DNA of 64,000 bases from Pseudomonadota bacterium (GCA_021811085.1 JAJZPQ010000006.1:4914-68913), one strand, 5' to 3'; counted from the first letter of the stretch, positions 28,399-37,373 are shown. Notes: generated from the sequence alone by a model not told the origin. A program made the numbers and translations.

Positions 28399-28998
28399 TC
28401 ACGCCGCGATTGTTGCGCGTGCGCCGGCCATGCCGTAGCGATCGAGCAGTCCCGTGTAGCGTACGGTGAAGTTCTTTTCTTCGGTCAGATTCTTGAACGT
28501 GGCCGACAGGCTGTCGCTGCGGTGCTCCTGCGGGGCGCCACCGGCTTGCCACAGGGCGTTCTGCAGCCCCTTGGACAACGTCTCGAAGCTCTCGCCACCT
28601 TCAACCACTTCCACATGCTCCCAGCACGAGAAGGCCAGCACGAAGTGGTACAGAATGTGCGCAAACGGCGCGTTGGCAATCGTGATGTGCAACTCGCCCA
28701 TCGCGGTGAAGTCCAACAGGCCACGATGGCCCGGCGCATGCTCTTGCGGGAAGAGCACTTCCTTGGGTGGTCCTTCCAGCGCGCGCCATTGCCGGACGTG
28801 ACGCTGCAGGGTGCGCAGCACGCCGTCGGGGAAGCTCTCGGGGTGATCGTCCTGGAGCTTACGCAGCAGCGTGATGGCCATCAGCTTGGTCGCGCTCTTG
28901 AGCAGCGGCACGACCTCATTGTCCCAGACCTGGGCAAACGGATCGGTTCGCGAGCGCCAATAGCGTCGGGGGGTTCTGTGAAGGCAACTTTGAGGCAC
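28399..28998 (-). pseudogene. 3'-truncated DDE (rve-type) transposase gene, possibly an IS21-like IstA type
   Basis: RRYWRSRTDPFAQVWDNEVVPLL..DGVLRTLQRHVRQWRA..GLLDFT..ILYHFVLAFSCWEHV..PQEHRSDSLSATFKN covers the N-terminal HTH and the first two catalytic Asp regions only. It ends about 35 nt from alpA. The family assignment is from memory. Confidence 0.55.
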
Positions 28999-29245
28999 TT
29001 CTGCTCCCGGCTTTCATCGAGCAACGCTTGCGCTTCTGCCGTGCCCGGCTCAAGCACCACGACGTCAAGCTCGTTTTCACTCGCTATCGCGATGATGCGC
29101 AAGTTCGCCAAACCCGGGTGATACGCCAGGATTCGGTGGCGCAGGCATCCCGATTACCGAGCGGATGCCACAACAGCTTCGGATACCTCGATTCGCATCG
29201 CATGATGACCGTGAAGCGCCCGGCCACTAGGCGTTACGGCGTTCA

Positions 29246-29347
29246 TCATTTCCAGTTTGCCAATATTTGTGACGCGCATCTCGACGTCTTGCTCTCCGCC
29301 GCACAGCACGTAACCCCGCGCTCACCGCGATTACGCTTCATCGCGCG
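29246..29347 (-). pseudogene. IS30-family transposase gene, distal fragment (continuation after the IS200-like insertion)
   Basis: Reads RAMKRNRGERG.. and then decays to a stop. Joining it to 31925..32038 restores ..NRQKSISRAMKRNRGERG.., the IS30-type HTH (xSxISRExxRN). Confidence 0.55.
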
Positions 29348-29368
29348 GCTAAACCAACATAGGATATC

Positions 29369-29385
29369 CCCCGGCTCTGCCGGGG
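29369..29385 (+). repeat. IS200-like left-end hairpin
   Basis: CCCCGGC-TCT-GCCGGGG, a 7-bp stem. The identical 17-mer occurs at 31901-31917. Confidence 0.75.
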
Positions 29386-29402
29386 AGGCAGTAGAAGTTT
29401 GA

Positions 29403-31313
29403 GTGCGCCGGGAGACCGGCAAGGAGTAGATGGTGCAAGTCCATTGTGATGAAGGCGTAGCGAGCCACATCAGCCCTGAGCCGTGCGCAGGCACCCGCGA
29501 GGGTGTAGGCGAAGCGTCGGCAGGGGAACGTGCAGGCCAGCCATTGAGCCGCGAAAGATACTTGATTTCGGGCGCCGACGCTGTTCAAACGGCGGAAGGC
29601 AACATGAACGGGTGCGCTCACGCGAGCGCCCGGACAGCCCGGCGTGGTCGGAGACCCTGGCATGCACGGACGCTCTTTGCGCGGGAACCGGGAGGTCTCC
29701 GGACTGGCCAGTGCGGCAGATGTGCGCTGGTCCGCATTGGGAAGGCGAGGAGCCGAAGCCAATGATGCACGGTCTGGAGAAGTCAGACTCCTCCATAAGA
29801 GCGAAGAAGTCGGCGAACAAACCTGGGCGACCGGGGGCGGAGTCGATGGAGCAAAGGGAGGGGACCAAGGAGAACACGGGAGAGTCACCCGCGAGCCGGA
29901 CACTGAGCCGGGAAATCGTGACTGGAGGGCTGGACCGTGTACGGCAAGCAGCAAGAGGCAACAAGAAGGAGCGGTTCACAGCGCTGATGCACCATGTGAC
30001 GATAGATCTTCTGAGGCAGGCGTACTACTGGCTTAAACGCAGTGCGGCCCCAGGGGTAGATGGCGTCACCTGGCATGACTATGAGGACAACCTAGAAGCG
30101 AAGCTCACCGATCTGCATACGCGCGTCCACCGTGGCAGTTATCACCCAATGCCATCGAGGCGCAAATACATCGCCAAGCCGGACGGGCGCAAACGCCCGC
30201 TCGGAATTGCCGCGCTGGAGGACAAGATCATCCAGCGAGCGGTGGTGGAGGTGCTCAATGCGATCTACGAGCAGGACTTCCTGGGGTTCTCGTATGGATT
30301 CCGGCCCGGGCGCGGGCAGCACGACGCGCTCGATGCACTGGCGGTCGGAATTTCGCAGCGGCACGTGAACTGGATTCTGGACGCGGACATCGCCGCTTTC
30401 TTTGATACGGTTTCCCACGACTGGATGCTTCGGTTCCTGGAACACCGTATCGGCGATCGCCGCTTGCTTCGCTTGATTGGCAAATGGCTCAAGGCGGGAG
30501 TGATGGAAGAGGGCGTGGTTTCAGCAACCGAGACCGGAACCCCGCAAGGGGCGGTGGTTTCACCAGCGCTAGCCAACGTTTATCTGCATTACGTCTTCGA
30601 CTTGTGGGCGCATCGCTGGCGGCAGCAGCAAGCCCGCGGTGCGGTTATCTTCGTGCGATATGCCGACGATGTAGTGGCGGGATTTGAGCACGAAGGAGAG
30701 GCCAGGCGCTTTCTGGTGGAGTTGCGGCAGCGAATGGAGAAATTTGCGCTATCGATGCATCCCACCAAGACGCGATTGATCGAGTTCGGTCGCTACGCGG
30801 CTGAGCGCCGAGGTAAGCGCGGTCTGGGTAAGCCGGCGACGTTCAACTTTCTTGGCTTCACGCACATCGCTGGACGGACTCAAAAGGGCCGCTTCCAGTT
30901 GATACGCAAGACCCGGCGTGATCGCATGCGGGCGAAGCTCAAGGCCATCAAGGAAGAACTACGACGGCGCATGCACCACTCCATTCCGCAACAGGGGCAG
31001 TGGCTGCGGCAGGTCGTGCGCGGCTACTTTGCGTACCACGCCGTGCCAACCAATCTCCAAAGTCTGTCGGCCTTTCGGTACTTTGTGGGGCGGCTCTGGC
31101 TGAAGACGCTGCGGCGTCGCAGTCAGAAGAACCGCTTCTCGCGGGACCGGCTTACCCGACTCGCTGCGGACTGGCTCCCTTCTCCGCGAATCCTTCACCC
31201 ATGGCCCGATGCCCGCTTTGTCGTCAAACATCCAAGGTAAGAGCCCAGTGCCCGAATGGGGCCCGCTGGGATCCGTGCGGGGGGTGCGCAGAAATGGGCA
31301 TCCCTACCGCGAT
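29403..31313 (+). mobile_element. bacterial group II intron (ribozyme plus RT/maturase ORF)
   Basis: The 5' end is GTGCG at 29403. A domain V-like helix with a 2-nt bulge (GAGCCCAGTGCCCGAATGGGGCCCGCTGGGATC) lies at 31241-31273. A domain VI-like helix (GGGGTGC/GCATCCC) has a bulged A at 31306, 7 nt before a ..GAT 3' end. The 3' boundary is inferred. Confidence 0.75.
29762..31240 (+). CDS. group II intron reverse transcriptase/maturase
   Basis: RT motifs RKYIAKPDGRKRPLGIAALEDKIIQ, TPQGAVVSPALANVYL and VRYADDVV (YADD) are followed by a maturase (X) domain. I see no obvious HNH domain. The start codon is uncertain. Confidence 0.9.
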   Translation: MMHGLEKSDSSIRAKKSANKPGRPGAESMEQREGTKENTGESPASRTLSREIVTGGLDRVRQAARGNKKERFTALMHHVTIDLLRQAYYWLKRSAAPGVDGVTWHDYEDNLEAKLTDLHTRVHRGSYHPMPSRRKYIAKPDGRKRPLGIAALEDKIIQRAVVEVLNAIYEQDFLGFSYGFRPGRGQHDALDALAVGISQRHVNWILDADIAAFFDTVSHDWMLRFLEHRIGDRRLLRLIGKWLKAGVMEEGVVSATETGTPQGAVVSPALANVYLHYVFDLWAHRWRQQQARGAVIFVRYADDVVAGFEHEGEARRFLVELRQRMEKFALSMHPTKTRLIEFGRYAAERRGKRGLGKPATFNFLGFTHIAGRTQKGRFQLIRKTRRDRMRAKLKAIKEELRRRMHHSIPQQGQWLRQVVRGYFAYHAVPTNLQSLSAFRYFVGRLWLKTLRRRSQKNRFSRDRLTRLAADWLPSPRILHPWPDARFVVKHPR

Positions 31314-31334
31314 CATTTAAGGGAGTCCACCGCA

Positions 31335-31380
31335 GAAACTTCCAACCGTGAGCCGCCAAAGCACACGAAAAGGGAGTTTC
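31335..31380 (+). promoter_or_regulatory. stem-loop sequestering the tnpA Shine-Dalgarno sequence
   Basis: GAAACTTCC (31335-31343) pairs with GGGAGTTTC (31372-31380) over 9 bp including one G-U. The 3' arm contains the SD just upstream of the ATG at 31384. Salmonella IS200 is known to occlude its RBS in the same way. Confidence 0.55.
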
Positions 31381-31383
31381 GCG

Positions 31384-31815
31384 ATGGACGAGTACGAAAG
31401 TTTAAGTCATACGAAGTACGAATGCATCTATCACGTGGTGTTCATACCGAAGGGTCGGCGCCGAGCGTTGTACGGGGAGTTGAGGAAACACCTGGGCGAG
31501 ATATTTCGGCGGTTGGCAGAGCAAAAGGAGAGTCGCATCGAGGAGGGGCACCTGATGTCGGATCACGTGCACATGATGATCCGGATTCCGCCGAAGTACG
31601 CAGTGTCGCAAGTCATTGGTTTCATCAAGGGAAAGAGCGCGATTCACCTGGCGCGGGTATACGGAGAGCGGAAGCGAAATTTCGTTGGGCAGAGTTTCTG
31701 GGCACGAGGGTATTTTGTGTCGACCGTGGGCAGGGATAAAGAGATGATTCGCGACTACATCCGGCATCAGGAAGAAGAGGACAAGCGGTTGGACCAGTTG
31801 AAGCTTTGGCAATAG
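31384..31815 (+). CDS. tnpA: IS200/IS605 family Y1 (HUH) transposase TnpA
   Basis: MDEYESLSHTKYECIYHVVFIPKGRR..SDHVHMMIRIPPKY carries the HUH motif, and WARGYFVSTVG carries the catalytic Tyr. Confidence 0.9.
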   Translation: MDEYESLSHTKYECIYHVVFIPKGRRRALYGELRKHLGEIFRRLAEQKESRIEEGHLMSDHVHMMIRIPPKYAVSQVIGFIKGKSAIHLARVYGERKRNFVGQSFWARGYFVSTVGRDKEMIRDYIRHQEEEDKRLDQLKLWQ

Positions 31816-31899
31816 GAGGGCCACCTTCAGGTGGCGACGAGAACTGGGGTCGCGTTAGCGCCCCCCATCAAGCCGCTTTGAGCGGCTCACAATTTAAGG

Positions 31900-31918
31900 C
31901 CCCCGGCTCTGCCGGGGG
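31900..31918 (+). repeat. IS200-like right-end hairpin
   Basis: CCCCCGGC-TCT-GCCGGGGG, an 8-bp stem. It is preceded by a second hairpin, AGCCGCT-TTG-AGCGGCT, at 31871-31887. Confidence 0.7.
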
Positions 31919-31924
31919 ATATTT

Positions 31925-32038
31925 ACTGATCGATTTTTGTCGGTTCATCACTCGGGCAATGTCGCTCTGATTATGTCCGGCTTTGTTGAGGATGGCAATT
32001 TGGTATCGTTCGTCTTGGGTGAGATGTGTGTAGTTCAT
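31925..32038 (-). pseudogene. IS30-family transposase gene, 5' fragment interrupted by the IS200-like element
   Basis: Hand translation from the ATG at 32038 gives MNYTHLTQDERYQIAILNKAGHNQSDIARVMNRQKSIS, the typical IS30-family N-terminal HTH. Confidence 0.7.
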
Positions 32039-32287
32039 TCCAGACAACTTTGACTTGGCGGTCGAGAGGCTCGGATGCTATCGTATCTCGCCGTCCCAAC
32101 CCGTTAATCAGAGTCGCACTTCAGTGTACGACCGAACAGGAACAGTACGTGCTTTCCTGTCGCACTGTCGCCACGGCGCCCGTCGCATGAAATCTCATTA
32201 TTGAGCTTGCCTCGCCGGAGGGGTCGCGGGCGACAAGATTTGTCGATGTGCTAATCGCCTGCGGCTAATCAGCTCTCGTGATGGCTT

Positions 32288-32992
32288 TTAGCCACGTTTG
32301 CGCAGTACGTTCACGCGCATCGGTCGGACGAACCGGACACCTTGAGGCGTGGCGTGGAGTTCGAAGCGCTGTTTCACCTCCACGAGCTGGTCGCCTACCT
32401 GCGTGTGGTCGCGGTGTGTGGCCCTGACGACGCGCTGGAAAAATTCGTCGAAATCGTGGAAGGCGAGCGGCGTGTCGAATCTCTCTTCTGTCACCACATC
32501 CATCAGCCCGGTCGAGATGGCGCGCCCGAGCGCGTCGTAGGCGGCCTTCCGCACGACTTCCTCGTCATTGAAGAGGCGCAGGATCTCGTTGAACTCGCCT
32601 GCAAACACCGGCTCGGAGACGTAGAGCAGACCGCCGGGCGCGAGCACACGCCCGATCTCGGCGAGTGCGCGGTCGAGGTGTTCGAGCGGTACGTGGTGCA
32701 GCGATTTAAGCATCATCGCGATGTCGAAGCTATTCGCGTCGAAGGGAATGTCGGCGGCACCGGCGAAGACGAAGTCGAGTCCCGCGACGGGCGTCGCGGT
32801 AAGGTTCTGAGTGTGCTGCACATAGTCTACTTCTAGTCCGGTCACCGAGGCGACCAGCCCGTCCTTCAGGAGGCGGCGTGGTATCTCCGCATTCCCGCAA
32901 CCGAGGTCGATCACCTTCGCGCCAGAAAGCGGCAGGAGCCGACGCATCAGGTTGACTTCATCTGGGATCAGCTCAATCGTGTTCACGTCCAT
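32288..32992 (-). CDS. class I SAM-dependent methyltransferase
   Basis: VIDLGCGNAEIPRRL is motif I, and LAPGGLLYVSEP is the post-II motif. Length is 234 aa. Confidence 0.8.
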   Translation of the reverse strand: MDVNTIELIPDEVNLMRRLLPLSGAKVIDLGCGNAEIPRRLLKDGLVASVTGLEVDYVQHTQNLTATPVAGLDFVFAGAADIPFDANSFDIAMMLKSLHHVPLEHLDRALAEIGRVLAPGGLLYVSEPVFAGEFNEILRLFNDEEVVRKAAYDALGRAISTGLMDVVTEERFDTPLAFHDFDEFFQRVVRATHRDHTQVGDQLVEVKQRFELHATPQGVRFVRPMRVNVLRKRG

Positions 32993-33092
32993 GGCCTGCC
33001 CTGGTTATCTGTCTTTCGTGGTCGATATCAGTTTCAGGTTTGACTGCTGCATCCGATCCTGGCGTGCGTGACTCCCGCTTGCGCGGGGATGA

Positions 33093-33743
33093 CTAATCCT
33101 CCGGTAGCGTCAGCATCCCGGCGACCCGTGCCGCACCTGGCGCCGCGAGATGCGGCACGCTGCCCAACAGAGGCGCGTCCAGCCGGGCTTGCAGCGCGGC
33201 GATGTTCTCCTGCACGCAGGCCATCTTTGCATCGACTTGATTGGCGATCCAGCCGGCCAGGCGTAGTCCGCGCGCGCGGACGGCTTCGGCTGTCAGCAGG
33301 GTGTGATTGATGCAGCCCAGCCGCAATCCCACCACCAGGATCACCGGCAGCCCGAGCCACGCGGCTAGGTCGGCGCTGTCGCGCGACTCGTCTAGCGGCA
33401 CGCGAAAGCCGCCGGCGCCCTCGACGACGAGGAAGTCGGCCAGCCCGCGCAGTTCCCCGAAGCACCGCGCGATGTGCGGGATGTCGATCGTCACGCCGTC
33501 GCGGCGCGCGGCAATGTGCGGCGCCAGCGGTTCGCGCAGCAGGTAGGGATTCACGCAGTCGCGCGGCGCGTCGACGCTGCTCGCGGTGACGAGGGCGTCG
33601 ACATCCTCGCTGCCGCCCGCCGCCACCGGTTTCATGCCAAGCGAGCGCATGCCTTGCGCGGCGGCGGCGTGCAGCAAGGCGCAGGCCGCGAGGGTCTTGC
33701 CGACTCCGGTGTCGGTACCGGTGAGAAAGTAGGCGCGGTTCAT
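33093..33743 (-). CDS. bioD: dethiobiotin synthase
   Basis: [24 protein letters not shown] carries the P-loop, and GMKPVAAG is present. Operon context with bioF and bioA supports the call. Confidence 0.9.
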   Translation of the reverse strand: MNRAYFLTGTDTGVGKTLAACALLHAAAAQGMRSLGMKPVAAGGSEDVDALVTASSVDAPRDCVNPYLLREPLAPHIAARRDGVTIDIPHIARCFGELRGLADFLVVEGAGGFRVPLDESRDSADLAAWLGLPVILVVGLRLGCINHTLLTAEAVRARGLRLAGWIANQVDAKMACVQENIAALQARLDAPLLGSVPHLAAPGAARVAGMLTLPED

Positions 33744-34885
33744 TCGAGTTCCATGACTGTCTCGGCAAGCCGCGCGACCTGCGCCTCGGTATGCGCCGCC
33801 GAAAGCGTGATGCGCAGGCGCGCCGTGCCGTCCGGCACCGTCGGCGGACGGATGCCCGGCACCCAGATGCCGCGCGCGAAGAGCCGGCTTGCCACATCCA
33901 TCGTTTCCGCGTTCTCCCCGATCAGCAGCGGGTGGATGGCGGTTTCAGACGGCAGCAGCTGCCAGCGCTTGAGTTTCATTGAACTGTGCAGCAGTGCGTT
34001 CAGACGGGCGAGATGGCCGCGGCGCTCATTGCCCTGCTCGATGAGGTCAATGCTCTTTAGCAGTGCGTGGGCGATGAGCGCGGGCTCACCGGTGCTGAAG
34101 ATGTAGGTGCGCGCTTTTTGCAGTATCCACTCGATGGCCTCCTGCGTCCCGGCGGCGAAGGCGCCGGCCGCGCCGGCCGCCTTGCCCAGCGTGCCCATGT
34201 AGATCAGGCGCGGCGAGGCAAGACCGAAATGCGCGGCGGCGCCGCGGCCCTGTGGCCCGAGCAGACCGAAGCCGTGGGCGTCGTCCACCAGCAGCCAGGC
34301 GTCGTGCCGCTCGGCGAGGGCGAGCAGGTCCGACAGTGGCGCGAGGTCGCCGTCCATGCTGAATACGGACTCCGTGATGACCAGCTTGCGCCGCGCATGC
34401 GCTGCGGCCAGCCCGCGTTCCAGCGCCGCCAGGTCGAGGTGGGGGTAGATGTTGAGGTCGGCGTGGGACAGGCGTGCAGCGTCGATCAGCGAGGCGTGAT
34501 TGAGCCGGTCGCAGAAGAGGGCGTCGCCGCGCCCGGCAAGCGCCGGCACGATTCCCAGGTTGGCCATGTAACCGGTGGAGAACAGCAGCGCGCGCTCCAT
34601 GCCCGTAAATTCGGCCAGGCGACGCTCCAGCGCAGCGTGCGGCCTCACGTGGCCGTTGATGAGCGGCGAGGCGCCCGAGCCGACGCCGTAGAGCCGGGCG
34701 CCTTCCTGCGCCGCTGCGACCAGCGCGGGGTCGTTTGCCAGGCCGAGGTAGTCGTTGCTGCAGAAGGCCAGCGCCGGGCGGCCGTCGACGATGAGTTCCG
34801 GTGCGCAGGGCGAATCGAGGACGCGCCGCCGGCGCCGCAGCGCCAGCGCATCGAGTTCGGCGAGCTCCGCGTCGAAATCGCTCAT
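33740..34885 (-). CDS. bioF: 8-amino-7-oxononanoate synthase
   Basis: [37 protein letters not shown] (PLP Lys). The ATG at 34885 is in frame inside the 805-aa track ORF. There are 4-nt overlaps with both bioA and bioD. Confidence 0.9.
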   Translation of the reverse strand: MSDFDAELAELDALALRRRRRVLDSPCAPELIVDGRPALAFCSNDYLGLANDPALVAAAQEGARLYGVGSGASPLINGHVRPHAALERRLAEFTGMERALLFSTGYMANLGIVPALAGRGDALFCDRLNHASLIDAARLSHADLNIYPHLDLAALERGLAAAHARRKLVITESVFSMDGDLAPLSDLLALAERHDAWLLVDDAHGFGLLGPQGRGAAAHFGLASPRLIYMGTLGKAAGAAGAFAAGTQEAIEWILQKARTYIFSTGEPALIAHALLKSIDLIEQGNERRGHLARLNALLHSSMKLKRWQLLPSETAIHPLLIGENAETMDVASRLFARGIWVPGIRPPTVPDGTARLRITLSAAHTEAQVARLAETVMELE

Positions 34886-36198
34886 GGCAGCACGTCGTCC
34901 AGCGCGGCCTGCGTGCCGGCGACGAGCAGCTCGATCTCGTCGCCGCCGATCACGTAGGGCGGCATAAAATACACGGTGTTGCCGATCGGGCGCAGCAGCA
35001 GGCCGCGCGCCAGCGCTGCCTGGTGGAAGCGGCGTGCGAAGAGCGGGTCGTCGGTGGCGGCATCGAAGGCCCAGATCATGCCGGTGTTGCGGAAGTGGCG
35101 CACGCGCGGATCGGCGGCGAGCGCCGCCGCCCGCTCGTTCAGTCGCGCGGCGGTGCGGCGATTGGCATCGATCACATCGTCTTCCTCGAAGATCGTCAGC
35201 GTGGCCAGGGCGGCGCGGCAGGCGAGCGGATTCCCGGTATAGGAATGCGAATGCAGGAAGCCGCGCGTGGAGCTGTCGTCGTAGAAGGCGGCATATACGG
35301 CGTCGGTAGTCAGCACCACCGAGAGCGGCAGGGTGCCACCGCTGATGCCCTTGGACAGGCACAGGAAGTCCGGCATGATGCCGGCCTGCTCGCAGGCGAA
35401 GAACGTGCCGGTGCGCCCGCAGCCGACGGCGATCTCGTCGGCGATGAGGTGCACGCCGTAGTGCTCGCACAGGGCGCGTGCCCGGCGCAGGTATTCCGAG
35501 TCGTACATGGCCATGCCGGTGGCGCATTGCACCAGCGGCTCGACGATGAACGCTGCCGTCTCGGCGTGGTGCTCGGCGAGATGGGCCTCCAGCGCCGCGG
35601 CGGCGACCAGCGCCGCGTCGCGCGGCGACTGACCCGGCGCCGCGTGCCGCCAGTCGGGGCTGGGCACCGTGGCACCAGCGCGCAACAACGGGGCGTAGAC
35701 GTCGCTGAAGAGGGCTACGTCGGTCACCGCCAGCGCGCCGAGGGTTTCGCCATGGTAGCTGCCAGTGAGGCTGAGGAAGCGGGTCTTCTGCGGCCGGCCG
35801 CTGTTGTGCCAGAAATGGAAGCTCATCTTCAGCGCGATTTCCACCGCCGAAGCGCCGTCCGAGGCGTAAAAGCAGTGGCCGAGCGCATGGCCGGTCAGCG
35901 CCGAGAGCTTTTCCGACAGCTCCACCACCGGCATGTGGGTGAAGCCGGCCAGCATGACGTGGTCGAGTTGTTCGAACTGCTCGCGCAATGCGGCGTTGAT
36001 GCGCGGGTTCGCGTGCCCAAACAGGTTCACCCACCAGGAGCTGATGGCGTCGAGGATGCGGCGTCCGTCGAAATCCTCCAGCCAGACACCCTGTGCTCGG
36101 CGGATGGGCACCAACGGAAGGATTTCGTGCAGCTTCATCTGTGTGCACGGGTGCCACACCGCAGCGAGACTGCGCTCCAGTAGCGATTGGTTGTTCAT
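34882..36198 (-). CDS. bioA: adenosylmethionine-8-amino-7-oxononanoate aminotransferase
   Basis: Class III aminotransferase with WHPCTQM, GSYHGETLGALAV, and DEIAVGCGRTG..LCLSKGISGG (PLP Lys). Confidence 0.9.
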   Translation of the reverse strand: MNNQSLLERSLAAVWHPCTQMKLHEILPLVPIRRAQGVWLEDFDGRRILDAISSWWVNLFGHANPRINAALREQFEQLDHVMLAGFTHMPVVELSEKLSALTGHALGHCFYASDGASAVEIALKMSFHFWHNSGRPQKTRFLSLTGSYHGETLGALAVTDVALFSDVYAPLLRAGATVPSPDWRHAAPGQSPRDAALVAAAALEAHLAEHHAETAAFIVEPLVQCATGMAMYDSEYLRRARALCEHYGVHLIADEIAVGCGRTGTFFACEQAGIMPDFLCLSKGISGGTLPLSVVLTTDAVYAAFYDDSSTRGFLHSHSYTGNPLACRAALATLTIFEEDDVIDANRRTAARLNERAAALAADPRVRHFRNTGMIWAFDAATDDPLFARRFHQAALARGLLLRPIGNTVYFMPPYVIGGDEIELLVAGTQAALDDVLP

Positions 36199-36365
36199 CG
36201 TCTAAGGCCGACTTTACGGCGGCGTGCTTTCTGAGGCGTCAATTCCGGCAAGCCGAATGCGGTGCTGACGTTGGTCAGCGCCAATAAGGAAAAGCATATC
36301 ACCATCAATCACCCTCGAGCCGAAGCGATTGCAGGGCCGCGCCGCCAAGTGCGTGACGGGCGCAA

Positions 36366-37373
36366 CTAGAACGGATGCATGCCCAGCTTCGCGAGCAGGA
36401 CGCGATCCTTCTCCGTTTCGGGGTTGCCGGTGGTAAGGAGTTTTTCTCCATAAAAAATCGAGTTTGCCCCGGCAAAAAAACATAGTGCCTGCACCGCTTC
36501 GGGCATCTCTTGGCGGCCGGCCGAAAGCCTCACCATGGCCTTCGGCATGCTGATGCGCGCCACAGCGATGGTGCGCACGAATTCGAGGGGATCGAGTGCT
36601 TCGGTGCCGTGCAGCGGTGTGCCTTCCACTTGCACCAGATTATTGATGGGCACCGACTCGGGGTAGGGGTCGAGGTTCGCAAGCTGCGCCACCAGACCCG
36701 CGCGCAGCCGGCGCGATTCGCCCATGCCGACAATACCGCCGCAGCAGACGTGAAGTCCCGCATCGCGCACTTTTTCCAGCGTGTCCAACCGATCCTGGTA
36801 TTCGCGGGTGGTGATGATGTCGCCGTAGAACTCGGGCGCGGTATCCAGGTTGTGGTTGTAATAATCGAGTCCCGCCTGCTTCAGCTGCTCGGCTTGTCCC
36901 TCCTTGAGCATGCCAAGGGTGGCGCAGGTCTCCAGTCCCAGCGCGCGCACCGCCGCGATCATCTCGGCAACCTTGTCCAAGTCCTTTTGCTTGGGGCCGC
37001 GCCAGGCCGCACCCATGCAGAACCGGCTTGCGCCCTGTTCTTTGGCCGCGCGCGCCGCGCCCACCACTTCTTCCAGCGTCAGCAGGTCTTGGTTTGCAAT
37101 GCCGGCGTCGTGGCGCGCGGATTGCGGGCAGTAACCACAATCCTCGGAACAGCCGCCAGTCTTGATCGAGAGCAAGGTCGAGAGCTGCACCGCGTTGGGG
37201 TCGTGGTAATGCCGGTGTACCTGGTGTGCGCGGTGCAGGAGATCGCTGAATGGCAGATCAAACAGGGATTGCAACTCGAACACCGTCCATTTTTCTATCT
37301 GCGCCTTGTCAACGTCGGCGACTGGCTTCACGGCAGAGGGTTGATCGTGCTCGGCGATAGCGACGGGATTCAT
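36366..37373 (-). CDS. bioB: biotin synthase (radical SAM)
   Basis: [11 protein letters not shown] is the CxxxCxxC motif. YNHNLDT and GGIVGMGES are also present. Confidence 0.95.
   Translation of the reverse strand: MNPVAIAEHDQPSAVKPVADVDKAQIEKWTVFELQSLFDLPFSDLLHRAHQVHRHYHDPNAVQLSTLLSIKTGGCSEDCGYCPQSARHDAGIANQDLLTLEEVVGAARAAKEQGASRFCMGAAWRGPKQKDLDKVAEMIAAVRALGLETCATLGMLKEGQAEQLKQAGLDYYNHNLDTAPEFYGDIITTREYQDRLDTLEKVRDAGLHVCCGGIVGMGESRRLRAGLVAQLANLDPYPESVPINNLVQVEGTPLHGTEALDPLEFVRTIAVARISMPKAMVRLSAGRQEMPEAVQALCFFAGANSIFYGEKLLTTGNPETEKDRVLLAKLGMHPF

Larger units (their letters stand above)
29348..31924 (+). mobile_element. IS200-like (IS200/IS605 family, tnpA-only) element carrying a group II intron; about 666 nt without the intron
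   Basis: The same subterminal hairpin core CCCCGGCTCTGCCGGGG occurs at 29369-29385 (LE) and 31901-31917 (RE) in the same orientation. A Y1 tnpA lies inside. The ends were inferred, to within about 3 nt, from restoration of the IS30 reading frame. Confidence 0.7.

Noticed and set aside
28881-29111. ORF MANLRIIAIASENELDVVVLEPGTAEAQALLDE.. as a small gene or toxin-antitoxin component
   Set aside because: It overlaps the 5' end of the rve-type transposase fragment in another frame and has no recognisable family. It is probably terminal sequence of a degraded IS.
29762-31240. The reverse transcriptase as a retron, DGR or Abi-type defence RT
   Set aside because: The ORF has a maturase (X) domain. 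It is embedded between a GTGCG 5' end and domain V/VI-like helices, which is the group II intron organisation. I saw no msr/msd-like or TR/VR repeats.
32288-32992. The methyltransferase as BioC (malonyl-ACP O-methyltransferase)
   Set aside because: Only the generic SAM-binding motifs are shared. The gene is separated from bioD by 100 nt and a hairpin, and it has lower GC. The evidence is insufficient to call it bioC.
26455-33000. Direct repeat of the tRNA-Glu 3' end marking the far attachment site of an island
   Set aside because: I could not find a second copy of ..GGTTCGAATCCCCCTGGGGACGCCA or a substantial part of it downstream, so the island boundaries remain undefined.
34886-36157. The 805-aa minus-strand ORF 33740..36157 read as one gene
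   Set aside because: Only the C-terminal 381 aa (from [12 protein letters not shown]) are BioF. The upstream part is an alternative frame over bioA with Arg/Pro/Gly-rich composition.
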